Shown here: positions 57,964-64,000 of the stretch, in pieces | Position numbering within the stretch: the first letter of the stretch is position 1 | Layout of the letters: each line of letters starts with the position of its first letter | Source of the DNA: an uncultured virus (IMG/VR IMGVR_UViG_3300011785_000002) | Lineage: Duplodnaviria > Heunggongvirae > Uroviricota > Caudoviricetes | DNA: 64,000 nt | Direction: 5' to 3' (one strand) | IMG/VR virus record: IMGVR_UViG_3300011785_000002 | Coordinates: 1-64,000 of that record | Notes under the pieces: generated by a model | Told to the model about the DNA's origin: nothing | What the model saw: the letters and a program-made list of their open reading frames with translations, nothing else | Databases searched by the model: none | Position numbers and translations under genes: made by a program

Positions 57964-58182
57964 TCAATACAGTCTGTGTTTTTCTGCACGTTTACGTTTT
58001 TCATAATCGTCCCGACAATCTATGTCACAGAACAATTGAGTGTCCTTGTCCAGTACCTCGTCACAATTGTAACATTCGCCGGTAGGTTGTAATCGTGCAT
58101 TCATTTTTTTCACGTTGCTCATTGCTTGCTGAAAATGCAATTCAATTGTTTGCTGTTCCAGTTCGTCTTCTTTCTCTGACAT
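57964..58182 (-). CDS. small C4 zinc-finger protein, TraR/DksA-like
   Basis: acidic N-terminal helix, C..C...FC...C.DDYE. Confidence 0.6.
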   Translation of the reverse strand: MSEKEDELEQQTIELHFQQAMSNVKKMNARLQPTGECYNCDEVLDKDTQLFCDIDCRDDYEKRKRAEKHRLY

Positions 58183-58339
58183 TTTACTTCTCTGCAGTTA
58201 TAAAAAGCCCACGCATGGACACGTGGGAAAGTTTGATTATGCCATGTTTTTGATAAAAGAAAAACCTGTCTATATAGACAGGCTGATCCTTACATGGCAA
58301 TGTTTGGTTAAGTTATCAAGTATTTCCTTTGTTGTCAAA

Positions 58340-60901
58340 CTAAGCTGCTTTTCTTTCAGTCAAATAGTTCAAAATAAGATCCCTTTCCTCACTACTCGCT
58401 CGTTCTTCCCAACGTTCTTTAGGAATACACGGAACACCTTTCTGAATCTCATGCAATTCAATTTGTCCATAAGGAGCCTGAACAGGGTCGAATGGTTGGA
58501 AGGTGTAACCGACGGCTACTGAACTATCGATTTTCACGTTCGGGAACAGGTCACTGTCCTGAATCATTTCGTTATACAGGAAATCACAAAATGCTGCAAC
58601 TTCTTGTTTTTTAACGGAAAATAATAATTCATCATGAATAAGGAGCATGAAACGTGCACTAAACCCTTGTTCCTGAGCATTATTCACAGTACGGATAATG
58701 GTTCGTTTCGCCAAAGCAGCACACATCCCTTGGATTGAGAAGTTCACAGCCTGGTTCAAAGAACGACGATGAATACGACGCATTGCTTCACGTGCAAAGC
58801 TCATGATTGCGTCTGACTCATAAGACATAAATACCTCTGTCATCAAATCCGACCATTCCTGGGTTGCTTCAAAACGTACCCGAGTGTGATGGTCACCAAG
58901 CTTGATAAACCCACGGTTTTTGACCTGTTCCTGGACACCTAAACGCCAGGATTCCGCAACTGGGAATTCACTTGTGTAGCCTTTTACAGCTTCTGCAGTA
59001 CGGTCCATATTCCAGCCCATTTCGTCAGCGATTGTACCTAACCAACCAGAATACCAATAACCGAAGTTTGCCACTTTACCCAGCACAGTACGGTAGAATT
59101 TTTTATCTGGCAATTCAGAAAATTCTTCAACGGACATACCCAAGATACCGGCAGCTGCCTTACTATGTAAATCTTTATGCGGTCGTTGCGAATAGGCTGC
59201 CAACATTGCCGGATCCTGGCTGTTTGCTGCCACACCTACCAATTCAATAGCAGACCAATCGGCTGAAACAATAACACTATCCTCGTCATCCGCCAGGAAG
59301 AAGCCACGGACGAAGACCGAATCACCACGCTTGGCCAACTGTTGTCCGTTTGGTGACGAACAACTGGTTCGACGTGTCGCCAGCATGGACGTCATTTGTG
59401 GGTGCATCAACCCTGTTTCTGGATCTACCAAACATAGGTATGGCGTGATATACAGCTTGAACGCTTGTTCTGCAGAAGCAATTTTCGCGTAAGCTTCCAA
59501 TAACGGATGCCCTTCCTCAAACTCTGCCAACATCGCTGCCCGGGCATCTTTATCCGACTGGATCTTGCCACCGGTTGCTTTGCAAGGTAAATCAAAAATC
59601 ACAAACATTACATAGCGCATGGCCATGTAGTGGTTAATTGATAACTGAGCACTTGGTTTAGCGTTCATACCTAGACGGTCTTCAATCCATGCGTTGCTTG
59701 GGGCACACTTCACCTGTGTAGCGATTGAATAGCTATCCAGATTATCTGGTGATTCAATCCACTGCTTAAATAGACGATAGTATTTTTCATGAGAAGCTGG
59801 TTTATACCATTTCTCGTACTTTAATAACTTTTCGTGCATTGGAGGCATTTCATCTGGGAAATGTTCCCGGACTGCTTTTTTAAGATCCAGCAAGGATTCC
59901 GTAAAGGACTCACGCATCGTATCACGACGCATTAAAATTTCCTTTCGGTTGACTCGCATACCGCCAATGGTGGTTTCAGCAAAGATCCGGGTGATTGGAT
60001 TCTCTGTTGATAAATAGGTGCCAATCACATCTGGATTTACTTGCTGTAAGTATTGGTAGACACGGAAGAATAAACGATAGGCCCAAATAGCATCGTCGGC
60101 ACCATATTCCAGCACTTGTGCAGCTGTTAATGCTTCCATGTCACATTCATCACCAAGCGTGTCTTTAAACTCAGCCATTTGGTAACCGAACCAGGATTTG
60201 ACTGCTTTCTTTAAACCATAACCGTATGAAATATCTTTCACGATCCCTTCATAGGAATGTGTCGCTTTCCCAGACTTTGCACAGAACTTGCCTAAGACTT
60301 CTTCCTGTTTAAAGGTGAGTTTACCTTGCTCATAATTTGAAAACTCACGTTCAATTTCCGGAATCAGTGGTTTAATTCCGCGAAGGACCGCAGCCTGTAA
60401 ATTATTCTTGTGATATTCATCTGGATTATACGCAGTCACACATAGCTGCATAGAACACAAAGTATTCGGCAACACCTGATCGTAACTACCACGATGCACA
60501 CAATATTCATAAGGTACGTTATGAATGATCAACGTATCGTTATGTCGCTTGGCTGTTTCCATCCATTTAAGCAGGTAGGAAATATCAATGGTGTTTTGTG
60601 TGTCGGCATGGCCGAAGTTAATGTAGAAAGCTTTATCAGGATGTGTTTTACCGAAGTAAAAAGATGCACCTGTAATTTTGGTGCGTTTGAAATCAAACAA
60701 TAACTTTTTACCATGGGAGAAGCCTTCATCGTCCACCTTCATCAATTTCTTGATGCCTTCGTGAGCGTCTCTTTGTGAGGTCTCTATGTCGTAACCTATT
60801 AAATTGTTTGGTGTTTTTACTTGTTCCATGAAAAAAACATCCCAATCCTGTATGTTATTTCGGTCAACAAGTATGTTCTGCACCGGTGCGTGGTAGTCCA
60901 A
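58340..60901 (-). CDS. polA: DNA polymerase family A with 3'-5' exonuclease
   Basis: DIET exo motif, DWSAIEL (A), K.ANFG..Y (B, Phe at the E. coli 762-equivalent), IHDEL (C); likely TTG start 60901 after AAGGAG. Confidence 0.93.
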   Translation of the reverse strand: MDYHAPVQNILVDRNNIQDWDVFFMEQVKTPNNLIGYDIETSQRDAHEGIKKLMKVDDEGFSHGKKLLFDFKRTKITGASFYFGKTHPDKAFYINFGHADTQNTIDISYLLKWMETAKRHNDTLIIHNVPYEYCVHRGSYDQVLPNTLCSMQLCVTAYNPDEYHKNNLQAAVLRGIKPLIPEIEREFSNYEQGKLTFKQEEVLGKFCAKSGKATHSYEGIVKDISYGYGLKKAVKSWFGYQMAEFKDTLGDECDMEALTAAQVLEYGADDAIWAYRLFFRVYQYLQQVNPDVIGTYLSTENPITRIFAETTIGGMRVNRKEILMRRDTMRESFTESLLDLKKAVREHFPDEMPPMHEKLLKYEKWYKPASHEKYYRLFKQWIESPDNLDSYSIATQVKCAPSNAWIEDRLGMNAKPSAQLSINHYMAMRYVMFVIFDLPCKATGGKIQSDKDARAAMLAEFEEGHPLLEAYAKIASAEQAFKLYITPYLCLVDPETGLMHPQMTSMLATRRTSCSSPNGQQLAKRGDSVFVRGFFLADDEDSVIVSADWSAIELVGVAANSQDPAMLAAYSQRPHKDLHSKAAAGILGMSVEEFSELPDKKFYRTVLGKVANFGYWYSGWLGTIADEMGWNMDRTAEAVKGYTSEFPVAESWRLGVQEQVKNRGFIKLGDHHTRVRFEATQEWSDLMTEVFMSYESDAIMSFAREAMRRIHRRSLNQAVNFSIQGMCAALAKRTIIRTVNNAQEQGFSARFMLLIHDELLFSVKKQEVAAFCDFLYNEMIQDSDLFPNVKIDSSVAVGYTFQPFDPVQAPYGQIELHEIQKGVPCIPKERWEERASSEERDLILNYLTERKAA

Positions 60902-60972
60902 TTCATAACTCCTTAAGTTATTTTTGGTATAGAAAAAGGACAGTAGCAATTGCCCTGTCCGTTGTTACATCT

Positions 60973-61002
60973 AAGATAGTTCATTTGTCACTTGAAAGTC
61001 AA
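60973..61002 (-). promoter_or_regulatory. sigma70-type promoter for polA
   Basis: TTGACT-18 bp-TATCTT. Confidence 0.55.
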
Positions 61003-61003
61003 C

Positions 61004-61026
61004 AAAAAACCCAACTGGAATTGGGT
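61004..61026 (-). terminator. intrinsic terminator
   Basis: ACCCAA-..-TTGGGT followed by a T run. Confidence 0.75.
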
Positions 61027-61325
61027 CGTTTGTCGTTTCTTTCAGTTTTCTGGAAAACTATCCAGTTTTGATTAAGCAGTGAGAATTACTTAATCACAAT
61101 TAAGGTCCGTTTTGCTGTCTCCACATTAGCAAAATAAAGGATGATCCAGTCCCGGACGATTAATTAAACCTAACATATTTTACTTTTAAAGTTAAACAAC
61201 ACACCATCGAAGAAGCTTAACTGGTCTTACCTGACTCTATGCGATGACCCATGTTTTTCTCGCGCTTTTTGGATCTAAGGAGAAGCGAGAAGTAAGACCT
61301 TTTAGATATGAATGGCTAACATCCT
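61004..61325 (-). ncRNA. candidate ~320-nt structured ncRNA
   Basis: own promoter (TTGATA-17-TAGATT, 61360-61332) and terminator; only very short ORFs; multiple hairpins. Confidence 0.55.
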
Positions 61326-61340
61326 GAGAGTAATCTACTA

Positions 61341-61763
61341 TTATTCTTTAAGTTTATCAATCTCTTTGTTCATACTTTCACGGATTTCATCCAGGTATTT
61401 TTGGTGTTCTTCAAAATCAAAACCCACACCTTCCAAATGCTGCCAAACATTTTCAGCGTGAGTTTTGTAGTGTTGGGCTTTTTCTAAACCTTCCGATGGT
61501 ACTTTACCCATCATGGCCAACATAAAAATATCGCTTGCAAACAGGCTTTCTTCTAACACATCAACTGAAGACATATTTATCTGTCCGTCCAGGATCACTT
61601 CCATGCTTTCTATTTTGGCTTGATTGTTTGGTAGCAAACCCATTGTTGCAGTAAACATAGTCAGAACCGGTTGGGTTCCTTGCTGTTTGAAAAGCATATT
61701 GGTTTGCAGAATATTCATTGCACGTTCTGCAGCTGACATAAGCGGTGCTAGTGTTTTAGCCAT
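61341..61763 (-). CDS. hypothetical protein
   Basis: AAGGA RBS, 140 aa. Confidence 0.7.
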   Translation of the reverse strand: MAKTLAPLMSAAERAMNILQTNMLFKQQGTQPVLTMFTATMGLLPNNQAKIESMEVILDGQINMSSVDVLEESLFASDIFMLAMMGKVPSEGLEKAQHYKTHAENVWQHLEGVGFDFEEHQKYLDEIRESMNKEIDKLKE

Positions 61764-61784
61764 TGGTAGGTTCCTTGTGTTATG

Positions 61785-61810
61785 AAAAACCCCAGACAGT
61801 GTCCGGGGTT
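61785..61810 (-). terminator. terminator after the tRNA cluster
   Basis: AACCCCGGACA-..-TGTCTGGGGTT followed by a T run. Confidence 0.7.
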
Positions 61811-61833
61811 GGGTTTATTTTCGTGGAATAAAC

Positions 61834-61909
61834 TGGTGCTCAAAGTAGGACTCAAACCTACGACCTGATGCTTACAAGGCAACTGCTCTATCAACTGAGC
61901 TATTCGAGC
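61834..61909 (-). tRNA. tRNA-Thr(UGU)
   Basis: 76-nt cloverleaf, anticodon loop CTTGTAA, encoded CCA. Confidence 0.92.
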
Positions 61910-61914
61910 TAAAA

Positions 61915-61990
61915 TGGCTGCCTCAACACGGTTCGAACGTGTGACCAACGGATTAACAGTCCGGTGCTCTACCAACTGAGCTATGAAGCA
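61915..61990 (-). tRNA. tRNA-Asn(GUU)
   Basis: 76-nt cloverleaf, loop CTGTTAA, TTCGAA T-loop, encoded CCA. Confidence 0.95.
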
Positions 61991-62000
61991 ATAAACTTTG

Positions 62001-62207
62001 ATTTACTTAAAGGTACGTTCTCCGATTGGTTGACTAGACCAGTCTAGGTTTTCGCAACAGTGATAATTAGTCACCCTTACTTTGGGTACAAACCTTTGAA
62101 AATGCCCTCATTCAGTAGTGCTTACTTCCTAGCTTCATTGGGAGATTAATCCCTCCACTATTACCTACACACCTTCTGGTTCGTCGAGAACGCACCTTTA
62201 AGTAAAT
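62001..62207 (-). ncRNA. candidate ncRNA closed by a 22-bp terminal stem
   Basis: 62001-62022 pairs with 62186-62207; the single mismatch is G.U only on the minus strand. Confidence 0.65.
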
Positions 62208-62221
62208 TGGACATAGAATGT

Positions 62222-62460
62222 GATTAAGATTCCTTCTGGATCCACTACAGTATCCAAAGCCTTGTCCAAGGCTAGTCAGCGGAAGTTAATGTAGTTGCTT
62301 ACATTACCTGGGTCTGTGTCCGTGACAGTGATTAAGTCACCAGCTACCTTTTAACGTCAATTAGGCTACCGACAGGATTTCATTTTAGGCTACTTTACTG
62401 CTTTATTAGTACAGTATTCAGCTCCTAAAACTACTCAGCCTTTTTAAGAAGAACTTAATC
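62222..62460 (-). ncRNA. candidate multi-hairpin ncRNA
   Basis: closing stem GATTAAG..CTTCT/AGAAG..CTTAATC with several internal hairpins; no substantial ORF. Confidence 0.6.
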
Positions 62461-62569
62461 TTCTTAGTCCAACAAGGATTGACTTAGTCTGACGTAAGAT
62501 TGAAACCTTGCTGGCTAAGAAAATCAAAACACCAACCTTGCGGTTAGTGCTTCGTTCTCTATGTGGTTG

Positions 62570-62599
62570 ACTATACAGATGTTCATGTGATCTCGTCAA
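62570..62599 (-). promoter_or_regulatory. sigma70-type promoter for the RNA cluster
   Basis: TTGACG-18 bp-TATAGT. Confidence 0.7.
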
Positions 62600-62731
62600 C
62601 ATCATTTTTCTGGTCTTTTTTACGCTTATGTTTGTCTATAAGACGAATACCTATGTAAAACAAAGCCTTAACTATATCTACAGCAAGTTCTCGTTTGTTC
62701 ATTTTTTATCCTTCCTATTTTTCTGTAACAA

Positions 62732-63457
62732 TCAACGACCTTTAAAGTAGCGTACTGCTGCAGCCAATTTACCATGATAGTCGTTTTTAGCGTAGAGTTT
62801 ACCATTGTACATCTGGGCAAAAGGACGACAAGCATCTGGTTTTTCAGATAAAGCCAGGAATTTAGACTGCCCTCGGTTCATTTCAATAAATGATACTAAT
62901 AAATCATACTGGGCTTTTTCCGTGTGCGTACATGCGTAAAGCATTTCCCATGGGGTTTTGTATCCCATCTGAATATAATATTCACCCATTACCTGGAAGG
63001 CACCCATAGACACGGCCATAAAAGCAGCACGTGGGTCATACTGACAAGCATGGATTAATTTATCGTAACTGTCATTGACGCCATTATTATCTGCGTCTGT
63101 TGTGTAATTTCCCCATGATGGGTAATTAAAGAAAGTAGACTTCGGTGCTGACACGTCATCATTATGTGCCCAGAACTTGTGGCGTTCATACAGGATTTTA
63201 GGCATACCATCATTGAACCAGCCTGAGCCATTGGCCTCTACCTTGGCCACGGCCTTGATCCGGACAGTGTCTGTGTCACCTAAACGACGTGCTAGTTGGA
63301 ATTTTTCTGATTCAGAAATGGCTGGAGCTTTCTTATTTCGGAAGCAAGCTAAGATCGCGTCTTTCGAACCGCGGCCGATGATTCCATCAATGGCTCCAAA
63401 ATAGAATCCTTTATCCTTCAGGAATTGTTGAAATTCCTTGCGCGTTTTTACAGACAT
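62732..63457 (-). CDS. endolysin: peptidoglycan-binding domain plus N-acetylmuramidase (DUF3380-like)
   Basis: Q..L...G.Y.G.IDG..G..S; VE..G.G...PKIL.ERH.F, S.G.FQ.MG, FA..YNG. Confidence 0.88.
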   Translation of the reverse strand: MSVKTRKEFQQFLKDKGFYFGAIDGIIGRGSKDAILACFRNKKAPAISESEKFQLARRLGDTDTVRIKAVAKVEANGSGWFNDGMPKILYERHKFWAHNDDVSAPKSTFFNYPSWGNYTTDADNNGVNDSYDKLIHACQYDPRAAFMAVSMGAFQVMGEYYIQMGYKTPWEMLYACTHTEKAQYDLLVSFIEMNRGQSKFLALSEKPDACRPFAQMYNGKLYAKNDYHGKLAAAVRYFKGR

Positions 63458-63514
63458 AAAATAACCCTCAGAATACTGAGGGTTATTCTACATCATTTGA
63501 AGTATCACTTGAAC

Positions 63515-63778
63515 TTAATGCCTATTTTTTATCTGTTGGCACTTTTTAAGATAGGGAAAATAATCTTTGTACATCCAGAATAAAGCCCCGATCACAATAA
63601 GCAAAGCTGGAATATGAATTTGACGCATACCCAGCCCAGAAGCAATTAAGAACAAAATAAGGTACTTCTGGCTTGTAATAAAAACAAAGATGTTTCTTCC
63701 CCGATTAAAGAAATATAGTCCTGTTAAGCTAAACAAAGCCAGAAGTGCCCAGACGATTGTAAAATAAGTAACTGGCAT
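63515..63778 (-). CDS. membrane protein, possible holin
   Basis: 2-3 hydrophobic helices, basic C-terminus, directly upstream of the endolysin. Confidence 0.5.
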   Translation of the reverse strand: MPVTYFTIVWALLALFSLTGLYFFNRGRNIFVFITSQKYLILFLIASGLGMRQIHIPALLIVIGALFWMYKDYFPYLKKCQQIKNRH

Positions 63779-63780
63779 GA

Positions 63781-63975
63781 TTAGTCACCACTTTTTGGTA
63801 TATTCATAGCTTTAGTGTACTCTTTGAACTTTGCTCGTAAGTTGAGAATTGTTACAGGTAGTACAATAGATGCTACGGTAATCCAGATGGGGTTAAGGAG
63901 TGTTAGGCTTTTATCTTTGTAAAGACAGTAAACAAAAGCTAAAACTCCACCTAATAACGCAGTTACGAACTTCAC
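63781..63975 (-). CDS. small membrane protein
   Basis: two hydrophobic helices in the lysis region. Confidence 0.55.
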   Translation of the reverse strand: MKFVTALLGGVLAFVYCLYKDKSLTLLNPIWITVASIVLPVTILNLRAKFKEYTKAMNIPKSGD

Positions 63976-64000
63976 ACTGGAAGGTAGATCTTTCTCACTA

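Noticed and set aside
46157..60949. Introns or inteins in nrdA, nrdB, thyX or polA
   Set aside because: The ORFs are continuous with all motifs in order, and no intein termini or homing endonuclease inserts were seen.
61748..61975. 75-aa ORF
   Set aside because: It overlaps two well-formed tRNA genes.
1..64000. Temperate lifestyle, stop-codon recoding or a diversity-generating retroelement
   Set aside because: No integrase, repressor or reverse transcriptase was recognised in the window, and genes read intact in the standard code. The rest of the genome is not visible.

Overview
The window is an internal 64-kb segment of a lytic tailed dsDNA phage with siphovirus-like tail genes. It is AT-rich. 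A gammaproteobacterial host such as Acinetobacter/Pseudomonadales is plausible, but the sequence alone does not prove it. Layout: (1) 1-14.6 kb is a dense minus-strand block of small early/accessory genes with two expanded paralogue families, a beta-clamp-like protein and Rha-like proteins. (2) 14.6-17.8 kb is a largely non-coding control region. It holds inverted repeats, an 83-bp perfectly alternating purine/pyrimidine tract, five perfect DnaA boxes, a perfect chromosomal-type parS palindrome, a lone gene behind a long structured leader, and a hexamer array that probably marks the genome end/packaging site. (3) A minus-strand primase-helicase operon. (4) A plus-strand virion module: GpA-type terminase, portal, protease/scaffold, capsid, tail, frameshifted tail chaperone, tape measure with an SLT domain, and a lambda-like tail tip. 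(5) A minus-strand nucleotide metabolism/replication block: nrdAB, dNMP kinase, thyX, MazG-like, SbcCD-like, exonuclease, resolvase, PolA. (6) Two tRNAs, several candidate structured ncRNAs and an endolysin. The most striking elements are the Z-DNA/DnaA-box/parS 'host origin mimic' at 16.15-16.35 kb and the ncRNA candidates at 61-62.6 kb. All protein calls come from motif recognition by eye; no database searches were run.
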